From the IMG/VR virus record IMGVR_UViG_3300014502_000001, positions 1-64,000 of that record: a stretch of DNA of 64,000 nt, one strand, 5' to 3'. The stretch is from a virus. The stretch's first letter is position 1. Each line of letters starts with the position of its first letter. Shown here piece by piece: positions 46,544 through 58,175 of this stretch. Position numbers and translations under genes: made by a program. The notes under the pieces were generated by a model, which was not told the origin of the DNA, searched no databases, and saw nothing but the letters and a program-made list of their open reading frames with translations.

Positions 46544-47237
46544 ATTGCGCCATCCTTACTTTGGCAAACTTTTCTTCCAGCGCCACGCGTGCCTCGGCCA
46601 GCTTATCCTTTTCCTTGGGTCTGAGCTTAGCATATACCTGCTGCTGAATAATGACCAGATATTCAGGCGTCCCCTCTTCCCACAGCAACGGATGAGTGGC
46701 AATATAAGTCTTGGCCAGTTTTCCCAACCGCGCTGCCTGCTCCAGCTGCGCTATTGCTATTGTTTTATTCATTTCCCCATAAACCTTCTCCACGTGTTCC
46801 AGGCGTGCCGTGAAAATCTCCGCTGAGGCAATCAGAGGATTCAGATATCCTTTGAAAGGAACGCTCATCTCTGCCTTCACTCGTTCATCGTCCAGCTCAT
46901 AACTCTGGGCCAGCCGCTCTTTCCAGGCCTTTACCCGCTTTATAGCCGCTGGAGAAGCCAGCATCGACAACGGCGGATATTTGAGACTGGGATTAACATT
47001 TTTCAGCCACGGCATTATTTGCTCAAATTGAACCTTGATATAAAGCTCCAGCGATAGCCCACAATCCATAGCCTGTCTTATGATGCGTTCAAACATTTTG
47101 ATATTGCGCTGGCCTTTAGGTGTGCTCTCTCTGAAAGAGAATCTGAAAATAGCTTCTGGAAAAAATCTGCGAGCATAACTTTCATAAATTTGGGCCACTG
47201 ATAAGCACTCATCAATCGAGATAACGCTGGTCTTCAT
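46536..47237 (-). CDS. Hypothetical replication-associated protein
   Basis: Coupled to the helicase gene. Confidence 0.55.
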   Translation of the reverse strand: MKTSVISIDECLSVAQIYESYARRFFPEAIFRFSFRESTPKGQRNIKMFERIIRQAMDCGLSLELYIKVQFEQIMPWLKNVNPSLKYPPLSMLASPAAIKRVKAWKERLAQSYELDDERVKAEMSVPFKGYLNPLIASAEIFTARLEHVEKVYGEMNKTIAIAQLEQAARLGKLAKTYIATHPLLWEEGTPEYLVIIQQQVYAKLRPKEKDKLAEARVALEEKFAKVRMAQYV

Positions 47238-47652
47238 TTCTTCCCAGCGTCTTTTTCTGGAATTGTCTTTGCCGAAGGCTCTCCGGTCCGCAACGCGGAC
47301 GGAGAGTGGGACTTATTATGTTTATTGGATTCCATCCTATCGACTATCTCGCATGACAATACTATCTCGCTTTGCTCGATAGCATTATCATGCTCGATTT
47401 TCATATTTTCCATAGTGACTGAATGCATTCTATTCCAGTTATAATTTTTATTCAATCTATTCTTCTATGGTTTCAACTGATATATGCTTTCCACGCGTAC
47501 CGCGCCCGCGCCCGCGCTAGCGCGAACCTTTATTATATGGCGACAATAGGATGGTATCCGTCCTCGGAGGATATAGGATGATAGCCAGCCTGCATAGGCT
47601 GGGATCCGTCCTCGGGACGATTCGCTATATAAACGTGAAAACAAAGAAGATA

Positions 47653-47961
47653 TCATATGCTTTTGAGCAGTTTATAAACCATTGTATGGCCGGCAATACC
47701 TTTAAGCTCTCGAATAATATATTCAGATTTCTCAAGAGCCGAAAGGCAGGCTTGGACTTTCCAGCGGCTATATCCGCATAGCTTCACGATCTCCGTCAAA
47801 GACATTTCGCTGTAGTCCTCAGCGTCAGCCGCCGACAGCAGAATAAGAAATACCTCAAGAGCTCCTTCCCTGATGCGGATGAATTTCTTGATGGTTCCAC
47901 TGGTGGCGATGTCCTCTTCGCGCAAGAGGCATTTGTTTTCCTTCTTCTTGGTGATAGTCAC
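47653..47961 (-). CDS. Winged-HTH protein
   Basis: SLTEIVKLCGYSRWKVQACLSALEKSEYI. Confidence 0.65.
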   Translation of the reverse strand: MTITKKKENKCLLREEDIATSGTIKKFIRIREGALEVFLILLSAADAEDYSEMSLTEIVKLCGYSRWKVQACLSALEKSEYIIRELKGIAGHTMVYKLLKSI

Positions 47962-47973
47962 GGCGTGCTCCTT

Positions 47974-48833
47974 TTAATATGCTACAGAACTTTTTTCAAA
48001 CATGACTTTGTAAAGCATCTTATCGTCGTTCTGGATAGGCTCCTGAACAAGCAATGCTTTGGCTTCCAGGGCATCAAATTTTCCTTTCAGATCAATAACA
48101 GTTGCCAGTCCTGTTACGGTGATACGAAAACCACTAGCGTCCTCAAAAACATGATAGATGCCATTTTTACGATCTGATCTGCTAGCATCAGAGAACCAGA
48201 ATGCTAGCCCTATAACTTTGTCCTGTGACGACTCTGGGTCTGTAATGCCATAGACCATGCAAGTGGAATGATAGCCAATCATATTGAGAGCCGCTTTGTT
48301 GAATCTCAAGGCTCTAGAGCGACTGTGTTTCTTACCAGCATTGGCAATGTGAACACAAGGAAGTGGAAAAATAGCACCACTGTTTTTCTCCATCTCGATG
48401 TTCGTGAACAGCGTTAGTTTTTCACTCATTTGGGATCCTCCTTGATCCTGATGTAATAGTCAGTCCCTTTTCGATATACATCTACCAGCTTTCCTACAGG
48501 AAAACCATGTAAATCTGGACTGCCATATCCTGATTTGGTGATGATTTTAATATCACCAATTTTCAGCTCATAAACGCCCATTTCCTTTTGCTGCTCGGCG
48601 CTTAGCCTATAGGTGCCAACATAATCAGCCGCTGAAAGATGTTCCCCTATAGGCGTCCTCATAAAGACTGCAATCACCCAGGCAAAAAATAGAGTGCCAA
48701 ATATAACGGTCGCAATCCCACTAAATAATTCTTTTAGCTTTTCTTTTTTCACAGGGAAATCCTTCGGCCTTATAAATGGCCACGCGCTCGGCGCTATGAT
48801 CACAGAGATATTTGCTGCTATCCAAAAAGTCAT
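47974..48833 (-). other. Two hypothetical ORFs (47974-48429; 48426-~48833, membrane protein)
   Basis: Co-oriented, coupled. Confidence 0.5.
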
Positions 48834-50118
48834 AGACCTTTAGCTTTGATCCATCAGCCTTGGGCCTCAGTCCTCGGCCTATACGTTGAATGGTCAGGAC
48901 TTCTGACTTCCCGCCCGCCGCTATAATAAGAGTGTTAATCTCAGGGATATCTACACCTTCGCTGAATATAGGCGAGGCGATCAGTACAAAATTCCCTGTC
49001 TCATTGAAATCAATCATGGCATATTCACGCGCCTCAGAGCTGTCCTTACCTGTTAGAAAAATAGATGACACTCCACGCGCTGATAGCATATCTGTTATTT
49101 CATTGCCGTGCTCAATTATGCGGATAAGGATCAGAACCTTATTTCCCGCCTTGTGCTCCTCGGCCGCTATTTGGGCTATGGTATTGTTACGACTCCACGA
49201 GTGCACAATACCATTCTCATATATGTCTGGCCAGCGATAGCCGCTCACCTGCTCAGGATTTGATACCAGCTCAATATTGATGCCAGACAGATATCCTTTG
49301 TCCATCAGTGCCTTTGATCTGATGCGCTGAATAGGCGCTCCAAAAACTGAAAGCATTTTCATGTTGGATAGCATGTCACGCCGTAGCACGGTGCCCGATA
49401 GGCCATATCTATAATACGCCGAGTGCGCATACATTCCAATTTTATACCAGGTTGAAGCGCTGGAATGATGAGCCTCATCCTGGAATAGAACAAAAAATGA
49501 ATTGATCAGATTTTTGAATCCCTCAGGGTCGCGGTGAGAATATGCCGACAGGGACTGGACTGTGGCAACCACCACTGCTGGGTTTGTGTTAAATTCACCA
49601 TCACCGACCATTCCTATGGTTTGGCCCAGGCGCTCAGTGAAGCGCTTAGCTGTTTGACGCAGCAGGTCCTGGGTGTGAACGAGGAAAAGTGTTTTCAGTC
49701 CTAGGTGAATGATAATCCCTGCAGCGATCTCGGTTTTGCCTGAGCCCGTGGGCAGCTCCAGCACGCCGCGCTTAGCCTCTGCCGCTTCCTTTATAGCATC
49801 TAGTTGGTAGTCGCGCAGCGTAATGCCACCTAGCATGTCTGCAGAGATATCTTTCTTGCATGAATTTGGAATTCTGCGCAGGTCAATGATTTCAAAATCA
49901 ATATTGTTTCTTGCAAAATATCCAACCACATTGGGAAGCAGGCCGGTCGGGAATTTAAGTGATGGCACCTTTAAGGCGTGCCACATGCCATCCCACAGAC
50001 CAGCTTTATATTTCGGGCTGTACTGATATCCCTCATAGGTGAATGTCAGTTCTTTTTCCAAAGCCATCGTATAGCCGCTGAGTTGGCTTTGGACGTTGCT
50101 CACGAAGATCTTGTACAT
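48721..50118 (-). CDS. SF2 helicase (UvsW-like)
   Basis: LRDYQ, PTGSGKT, DEAHH, SGT, EGVDIP, QRIGRGLR. Confidence 0.9.
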   Translation of the reverse strand: MYKIFVSNVQSQLSGYTMALEKELTFTYEGYQYSPKYKAGLWDGMWHALKVPSLKFPTGLLPNVVGYFARNNIDFEIIDLRRIPNSCKKDISADMLGGITLRDYQLDAIKEAAEAKRGVLELPTGSGKTEIAAGIIIHLGLKTLFLVHTQDLLRQTAKRFTERLGQTIGMVGDGEFNTNPAVVVATVQSLSAYSHRDPEGFKNLINSFFVLFQDEAHHSSASTWYKIGMYAHSAYYRYGLSGTVLRRDMLSNMKMLSVFGAPIQRIRSKALMDKGYLSGINIELVSNPEQVSGYRWPDIYENGIVHSWSRNNTIAQIAAEEHKAGNKVLILIRIIEHGNEITDMLSARGVSSIFLTGKDSSEAREYAMIDFNETGNFVLIASPIFSEGVDIPEINTLIIAAGGKSEVLTIQRIGRGLRPKADGSKLKVYDFLDSSKYLCDHSAERVAIYKAEGFPCEKRKAKRII

Positions 50119-50179
50119 ATGCTTTCCATCCTAGACGGCTGGAGAAAAATGATCTATGGAGAAAACTGTGTTCATGGTT

Positions 50180-50281
50180 TTACTGGATAGAGAAAAAACA
50201 GAGGAGGCAGAAAACTCTTAACTGGGAGGAAAAGAGTGTCGCGCTAGGCCGCGCAACTATGGGGAGACCGTTGGCCGTCAT
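50180..50281 (-). CDS. Putative 33-aa leader peptide
   Basis: Strong SD GAGGAGG; MTANGLPIVARPSATLFSSQLRVFCLLCFFSIQ*. Confidence 0.35.
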   Translation of the reverse strand: MTANGLPIVARPSATLFSSQLRVFCLLCFFSIQ

Positions 50282-50311
50282 ATTCCGCCTCCTCTTCCTA
50301 TCCAAAGTCGT

Positions 50312-50340
50312 ATTATACTCTGCTACTTTTTTTAAGTAAA
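50312..50340 (-). promoter_or_regulatory. sigma70-like promoter TTTACT-N17-TATAAT
   Basis: Precedes a structured ~190-nt leader and the helicase gene. Confidence 0.6.
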
Positions 50341-51297
50341 GGGCTCTGTACAAAACATTGAAAGCCTATTACATGCTTTGCAGTTAGCACTTTACAGTCG
50401 TTTGCGCAGTGCAGGCATACGGCCATGACCTTTGTGCGTGAGTCAATCCTGGCCAGGATATCTCCAGCCATCTCGCGCCGCAGCGGGTCGGCGTGCTGGA
50501 GAACGCCTATGATATGTCTCTTAATGGATTGGGAGCTGACTGCTCTTTTCATCTTCCATATCCTTTTGAGGAATCAGGCTTTTCCTCAGCGGCAAATTCG
50601 CTGGGCACCAGATCCTTTTCAGCCATAGCCGCCCGCGTAGCATCAGCGCCCAGTGCGTCCTCAGAAAAGTGGACAGAGGGAAACTGCGCAGACAGAAAGC
50701 TGCGCAGATGCATTGGACACTTGACGTATATGGCCAGCAGCATAGCGTCCCGCCGCATGACGGGAACTTTGCAAAGCTTGCGGATAGCGTTCCACTTATC
50801 GTTCTGCTCACGATAAACGGAAAGCACGGTGGACAGAGATGGCAGATTTTTCTTCACGCTTTTGCGCTGGCTGATAATCTCTCCAGTCTCTTTCAGCAAT
50901 GCGACATAAAGATCAAGCACCGCCTTTTCCACTGTATCATCAGCTCCCTTAGACGGGGTCGCCAGATACTTGGCATAATACTCTTTTGCTTTCATCGTGT
51001 TACTCCTTTTTATTTATCCAGCGCGAAATGATGCACAAATAATGCCCGCCTTGGTGCCTGTGGTAGCTCTGCCAAGATATCTCGCCTTGACATGGTCGGG
51101 ACTTTCCACCCACGTCTCGCCGACCCATTGCTGATATCTGCCCGTCCACATTTCAGATTTAGGATCCCATTTCTGACTCTTGTCCGGGTGGATTCTTTTA
51201 GCCTCAGCCTCAGTGGTAGCTGCTACAACCATAGCGTCGTATGTGTCATAGTGCTTTGTCTCGTTAGTGGGATAGACCAGCCATAGCTTCATAGTTT

Positions 51298-51726
51298 TCA
51301 TATCCTTACTCCTATTTTCAGCAGAACCATGATATCGAATTTCCTGGCATAGCGAATTTTGGCCCATGTACTGGTGCTCAAAATTTCCTCTTCAACTTTA
51401 GGCGTAGTGATGAGCGCCTGGCAATTACTGATGATGTCCCTATTGCACTGGGCAAAAGGTTTTGCTGGCCAGTAATAGTCGCCCATGCATAGCGCCCGCA
51501 TTTGGTCATTGTCGGAGGGATGAATGATAATCGTGTACCCAATTTCACGCGCAATTGCGTGAGCCTGTTTGTCGGAGCCGATACAGTCGCTGTGGTGAAA
51601 CTCACAAAATCCTTTACCGTAAAGGCTCTGAAGAGTTTTCTGCACAAAGCGCTGCTGCTCGTCCGTCAAGCTATCACGCGTGCCAGCGAAGCCAACAGAT
51701 TTGAATCCCTGACCTGATTGAGGCAT
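51298..51726 (-). CDS. SLOG-family nucleotide-binding protein
   Basis: VGFAGTR, FHHSDCIGSD..AH, CNRDII, STSTWAKIRYA. Confidence 0.55.
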   Translation of the reverse strand: MPQSGQGFKSVGFAGTRDSLTDEQQRFVQKTLQSLYGKGFCEFHHSDCIGSDKQAHAIAREIGYTIIIHPSDNDQMRALCMGDYYWPAKPFAQCNRDIISNCQALITTPKVEEEILSTSTWAKIRYARKFDIMVLLKIGVRI

Positions 51727-54700
51727 TTTATCTCTCCGGACGAGAATTTGGATTGTACCGCTTGCCGCACTCAGGGCATTTGTAGGACTTCGGAAGCTGC
51801 TTGAGCTTGACGCGGCAGTCGGGACAAATCGGGATATCCCGCCAGTATGGCATGCAAACGCTGCAGTGGTCATAGTCCACACCATAGCTGTGAGCCTCTC
51901 CACGGCAAACTGACCAAACGGGATTGGGCAGTATTTTTGCGACGCTGGTTTCACTCATATCGCACCAGATGAAATACCTTGCGCGCAATGCTGACGGCCT
52001 GTTCATAAGGTAGCGAATTGCAAATCATAAAAGCTCCATCATCACCGCGACCCTTCATACGGTCAGCGTCCAGCACGACCTCAATGACCTCATCCCTGGT
52101 GCTCCAGCTGCGCCCGTCCTCGCGCGCGAGCGCCGCTAAATCACTGCCGACAGCTTCATAGGTGCGCCACATCAGGCGCTTGATTCTGTCCAGTAGATCG
52201 GGCGAAAGCTTGATCTCTTTAATTTTTTTCATCGTCATTCTCCTCTACCAGTTTGAATTTTCTGCCTTCCATAGTTTTGTCGATAAATTGGCCGTTATTT
52301 TCACCATAAGCCAAAAGGTAAAACTGGCGAGTCAGCACCCATGTTCTGCCGCCATCGTAGGACACCATCGAGCTTTTAAGCTTTACGGGAGTGATTGTTG
52401 CCACCGTCAGTCCTGGTGTCATATCAGTCCAGCCTGTCTTCCATCTCAGCGATAGCCGCCCGCGCCCGCCGCCACGCCGCCACACCGACGCTGAGGATAT
52501 GAAGATTGTATTCCGTTTCCTCATATGCTTTTGTCGCCGTATCGATCCAGCTCAGGTTGGAGCCCCACTCCTCGTTGAGCGTTTTGATGGCGATGGCGAT
52601 GTCCATATTGCGCGTCGACATCTTTTTGATGTCTTCCGCCATTTTCTTCAGGCTGGCTTCCATCATTTCCCGCTTGCCGTGATTCAGCGTCCAGGCGTTC
52701 TGTTCCTGCATCTCGCGGTTGTGCTGGCGCCACTGTTCCTTTGTCCAGTTTTTGCGATCTTCGATGATCATGATTTACTCCTTTTCTTCGGACTTCATTC
52801 CAGGAACTTCACCAGGCTCCAGCATTTCACTGCCAGGGAAAAGCTCGTGATCCTCTTCGGACAGAATCGGTCGCTCAGCTTTTTCTTCTTTACGATTTGC
52901 ATGGACGACGAAATAAGGAACTCCGCCAGGAAGTATGCTCCAGATCTCCCGAGGAAGCTGGATGCTTGCCCAGCCCGCCGCCACGCCTAAAACCAGAAGA
53001 GCCTCGACATCTCTCTGTTGTCCCCAGAGCTCCCCATTTTTTGTCATGCAGGCGTTCAAGAAAGACCACCCGCCGCCGCCGCCTTCCGTCTCTTCGAGAA
53101 ACTGCTGAGGAAGCTGATGGAGAAGCCATCCGATCCTTTCCGCATATTTCTCGATCTTGTCTTTGCTGAAACAGAAGTTTCTGACAATACTATGCGCGAT
53201 CACATAGCTGTCACCTTCAACCGGAGCGTGTCCCAGCAGACAGGCCAGGATAATTCCTTCGACTTCATTGGCCGTCAAATTCTCGTTCATATTTTTTTCC
53301 TTTTTATGAGATCTGTTTGATCGTACCCAGGCACCGCAAGCATGGAGTCCATTTCCGCGAAAAGGTTTTCGCCATCTTGCCCGCCCGCGCCTTACGCCCA
53401 CAGCTACACCGTCCATGATTGGATGCGGTGCGCGCCCGCGCCTTGGTACAGTCCAGGCAAACGTCCCAGCGCAGCGCCTCAATCACACCTAGCGGCTTTC
53501 CACAGCCTGTGCAGTCCATATTAGCCTTCCTTCGGCTGGGTGGATTCCACAGCCTTTAGCGCTGAAAGATTCACGCGCCACTTGATTCCGCTGGCCTCAG
53601 AAATGTCGGCGCTGACTTGGTTGATCTTGGTGATACGACCCGTCACCCGTCCACGGTGCCGCCCGCTGAAAGTGACCTGCTGGCCGACTGCGAAGATGAA
53701 TTTTGCCTCCAGCGCCCGCTGCCCGTTGATCGTTTTCCAGTGGTCGCGGATAGCGTTATTCACCGCCTTCAAATCGTCCAGGCTGTTCAGCTTGTAAATC
53801 TCGTTGATCAGATCTTGTTTGGTCATATTATCATTCCTGACCAAGGATGGCGGCTTTGAAGGGAGCGACGATTTCGTCCAGCCGCGCGATGGGGAACTCT
53901 GCACAATTCACGCCGGTCAGCAAGAAAAACTCTGAGCCGTCCGGGCTGACGAGAAAGCGCAGATCCAGATAACTGGTGTATTCGGAATCTTTGAAGAAGA
54001 GCCGAACTGCCGCGCTATTGGTACCAGCGTTGGCCTTGAATTTATAGCCAGCGAACCTTTCCTTTAAGCGAACGGCCATGGCCTTCACGCTCTCGGCCCG
54101 CGCGATCTCGGCGAGATGGTTTTCGATACGGCTGGAAAGCTCGGCCTGGAGTGCGGTGAGCATAGTGCTGAGCTTAAGAAAGTGGGCGTCATGCTGGCCG
54201 ACGCGCTGGAAGCCATAGCGCATATCCACTTTTCCACGGTTGCGCCGGGTGGTGGCCGCGACGCTGTACCACACATTGGTTTTGACCGTTGTGTCCTTGG
54301 CCGTATAGGTGGCCACGAGGGCGACCAGGTCCGCGCTGCTGGCGACCCATTCATCTTCCGTCATGGCGAGCTTGAATGATAATTCGCTCGGCCCCTGTCC
54401 GATGACATGAGTCGTCCACTCGGCCAGCGCCGCGTAAGAGGCTTTGCGCGCCATCAGCTTAGTGGCCGCTTCGGCGGTGTCCAGCATCAGGAAAAAGTCT
54501 TTGGCCTTTTCGATCAGCTCCGTCCAGTCCAGCTCCGCGCCTAAAAACGTTCTCGCGCCTTCGACGAGCTCCATTAATTCGCGAGTGGCATCGAAGCTGC
54601 CCGTGCCATGTTCGGTGGAGCTGTACTTGCCGTCCCAGGATTTTCCGATCACGACGGTGTACTCTTTGCTGCCGGCCACCGCCATGACCTTAAAGATGGC

Positions 54701-55238
54701 AGCGGTGCCACGGCGATTTCCCGGCGCTGCCGGTCCGCTCACGATGATGGGCTTGATGGTTTTGAGCGCCGCGTTCTGAGCAACCGCTTGCTCGGCCTGA
54801 GGAGTGTTGAGATTTGAGTTTGTCATTTTATTCCTTTATATTTTTGAAATAGCTTTTTTGGACATCACGTCGTTGACGAGCTTAGCGCACCGATCGTGGA
54901 TGCGCCGTACGAAATTTTCCTCGCCCTTGGAGTCGAAATAATCCAGCGGGCGCTGGAGCTGGCCGACCAGGATATCCCGTATTACCCGCGCCTCAGCCAC
55001 GCTCAGGGTCATGCGTTTTGTTCGCATGTTAGTTTCCTTCGATCATGCCGCAGGTGGCCTTGAGAGTAGTGCGTCCGGGCTCGGGGTGAGCCATCTCATA
55101 TTTCCTAGCCCGCTCGCAATTCACACAAGGATCAAAGCCGAAGCAGGAATCGCTGCAGTCCACACAGGGGTGAACGTCCAGCGCCGCCGGAGCCGTTTTC
55201 ATCGCTTTGGTTTTCATTTTTCTTTTTCTCCCACCTAT

Positions 55239-55283
55239 ATTATCCTCTTATCAGGCTATGGAGTCAAGTGGAATCCAGCCTAT
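55239..55283 (-). promoter_or_regulatory. Promoter TTGACT-N17-GATAAT with upstream box ATAGGCTGGATTCCAC
   Basis: Box abuts the -35 and is shared with the 59346 promoter. Confidence 0.7.
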
Positions 55284-57363
55284 TTAGAAAATAAGGTAAA
55301 ATACCGAAACAAGCGAAATACAGCCCTTTTGGTGGCCCAAATAACCGCATGGCAGCGCATTTAAGACCATATCTTTTAGCTCCTCGTGGTATCGGGCGCA
55401 CTTTTGCTGCGGAGCCTTTTAAGGCCGCAATGCGTATTTGGGTGGCACTGCGTACAGCCCTCTGAAATCAGATATAAAGCGCCGCAGTCGATGCACCGCG
55501 TCATGTCATTTTTGACAGAAACACGCTCAATGCCAGCCGCCTCCGCCGCTAGCTTTTCCCGTTCAATGCGGGCGGACTCAGCTCTGGTGATGGCCAGCTT
55601 AGCTTCCCTCTCGGCACGAGCCTCGCGCCGCGCCTTGCATTTCTGCCGCTTTTTTTCGCGCTCAGATATGACCGCCGCCTTAATCTCCTTTTTGATTGTC
55701 AGCCGTTTGCGCTTCAACTCGCGCTCCGCTCGGCGCTCATTGCGACCTTTGATCAGCGCCGCCCGCGCTATGTGTCTGCGGAGCAGGTCGGCTTTCTTTG
55801 CCTTTATCTGCAGAGCTGTGAGCTGCTTGGCAATTTTGGCTTTCATATTTTCCCATCCATTAAGTCGGCCGCTAGCTTAGCCATTTTTGCCATGCGGTTT
55901 TTGTGGATCTTGGCCAAACAGATATGATCGTAAAGGCGCTTGATGCGACCACCTTCGAGCATTTTTGAGAAGTCCTCATTGCTCAGCCATTCACGATTCT
56001 TTTTGCGCCGCTCGATCTCGCCGAACTTTTTGGAATATGCAGCCAGGAACAACTGCTTGATCTCACAGAACTCGGCCACCCGCGCCTTTGCCGCCTTACA
56101 GCGTTCTGTGGTGACAGGATTCATTTCCTGCGCCGCACCGCGATCACGCTCAACCTTTATAATAAGGTTGCTACCATGGTTTGCGCCGCCGCAGTGGCAG
56201 TTGCACTTTGGTCCCTGCGCACCCGTACAGCGATCATCACAGGGTGTCAGGAATTGCGTTTCCACTACGCGCTCGCGCTCGACCTGGCCCATGTAGCTTA
56301 GCCGCCCACCGCAGAAAACGCAGGGCTGCTCGTAGAGATACTTTTCCGTGGTCATGACTTCCAAGCAGTCCAGACACTTGTAGTAATGAAGCTGCCGCAC
56401 ATTATCATTCATGGCGACCTCAGTTGTCCTTGCTGACCAGCCGCGCCTGGGCCTTAATGCTGACGACGTAGTCGTCGCCGAATTCCCAGCCACCGAAAGT
56501 GTACGGCGACTTCACAGCCACCAGCCAACGAGCAAAAGGATTGCTCAGCTCCTTTTCAGGAGACTGGTACTTTTTCAGCACCCGCCATTCCCAGCCAGGT
56601 GCCACCCAGATCTCATACGGCTTTTCCACAGGCCGCGTTTTAGCACAAAGATTTTTGCTCACAGCGCACTCCTCTGATTCCCCATAACGGGATTATCATT
56701 GCGCCGCGCCGCCGCCTCCGCGTGCGGGATGAGCTGGCGCCAGTAGTGAACCATGCGCCGCTTCACGATTGCCATCTGTTTAGGACTGAGAGGAGAATCA
56801 TGCCGACCCGCGCCCGCGCTATTCCAGCGCTGTACCTGTTTAGCAAAGCTGGTGAGGATCTCCGCGTCCGCTGAGCTAAAGCCCACACCGTTGAGCATGT
56901 AGGTGCTCTCGGCGTTTTTCTCCATCAGTGTCTGCTGCTCAAATACGAGCATCAGTGCCCGCACCGCCGCTTTGTCGTTGGACAGGATTGCGTTCACGAT
57001 CACCGCCTTCAAATCTTTTTTGGTCATAGCGTTTCTCCTTCATATCTTTTGGTTAGCTCTTTGCGTACCTCAGCCCATACCGACTGAAATACTTTTGACG
57101 AGCAGCAATCGCTGCGCAGCAGAACGTGAGTCAGCTCGTGGGCGATGCTGTCGGTGACGTCCGTCACATTTTTGTTGTAGCTTAAATTGATGAATATGGA
57201 AACAGCCGCGCCGTTGCGTTCCACCGCGCTCCGGATATTTGCCGGCAGCGCCGTGGTGCTTGCGTGAATGGAAATGACCACGTCTTCGCTCAGGCGCTCT
57301 TTTACCATCGTCGCGCAGAGCTCTTGGAGTCGCAGCCATTTAATATTGTTGTTCATGACGTCC

Positions 57364-58173
57364 TCACTTTCCGCCGTACCGCACGTTGGCAAAAACATTG
57401 TAGTCCGGTCGGCGAGCCGTATCGATTTTTTTCTTATCGGGCCAGCTATTTTTGTCGGGCCAGCTGAACGACGGCTTTGGGGTGAAATACTTATTGTCGT
57501 CATCCCGGTCCTGACTATATTTGAAATAGGTGGGATGGATGTTGGCCACCGCCGCCGTAACAACCGCGCTTTTTTTGCAGCCGTGCTGGATCGTATAAAG
57601 GCGCGGAAGCCAAGCTAAGCTTGAGAACTTGACTCCATTCCGATTTTCGAACGGCCCGATCAGCCGCATGGTCTTGACGCTGAAAACTGCCACACGACTT
57701 CCATGCGAGCAGTCGTTCAGACCATCAGGGCTCAGCGCTTGGACTAGGGCTAGCACCCGCGAGTCGCTCATGGGAAGTTTGTCCACCTTTTCGGCCCACA
57801 GCGGTCCGAGATTGTCACCCAGGATTTTCAGCGCCGCGTCCCACTGGACAAAGACGCCGTTATGGAAAAGCGCCGACTGCGTGCCCTTATAAGATAAAGG
57901 TAGTGAGCCGTGCTTGTCGCACAGGTACGGGTGAGTGAGCTCCTGGCAGACGCCGCCGTGAGTGGCCCAGCGGAAATGAACCACGTGCGGGAAAGGAAGC
58001 TTTGCGCCGTAGTAGAATTCCTCAAAGTCCCTGCGCTTCATGAATCCCTTTTGGTAAAGGACTTCATTTCCTTCCCGCCACGCCGCGCCCGCGCCGTGGG
58101 GATTGTTGTCCCAGATGGCCTTGACCTCATCTCGGCTCAACCGCCGCTTTTGGCATACCGCGATAACACACAT
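57364..58173 (-). CDS. Class II (Ntn) glutamine amidotransferase
   Basis: N-terminal MC, NPHGAG, HFRWATHG, HP, HNG, SDS. Confidence 0.85.
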   Translation of the reverse strand: MCVIAVCQKRRLSRDEVKAIWDNNPHGAGAAWREGNEVLYQKGFMKRRDFEEFYYGAKLPFPHVVHFRWATHGGVCQELTHPYLCDKHGSLPLSYKGTQSALFHNGVFVQWDAALKILGDNLGPLWAEKVDKLPMSDSRVLALVQALSPDGLNDCSHGSRVAVFSVKTMRLIGPFENRNGVKFSSLAWLPRLYTIQHGCKKSAVVTAAVANIHPTYFKYSQDRDDDNKYFTPKPSFSWPDKNSWPDKKKIDTARRPDYNVFANVRYGGK

Positions 58174-58175
58174 AA

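Larger units (their letters stand above)
50313..57563 (-). other. Early region with about 20 small hypothetical ORFs
   Basis: Dense co-oriented small ORFs (e.g. 50549-50995, 53831-54826, 55376-55846, 55843-56412, 56420-56662, 56659-57027), several zinc ribbons. Confidence 0.6.
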
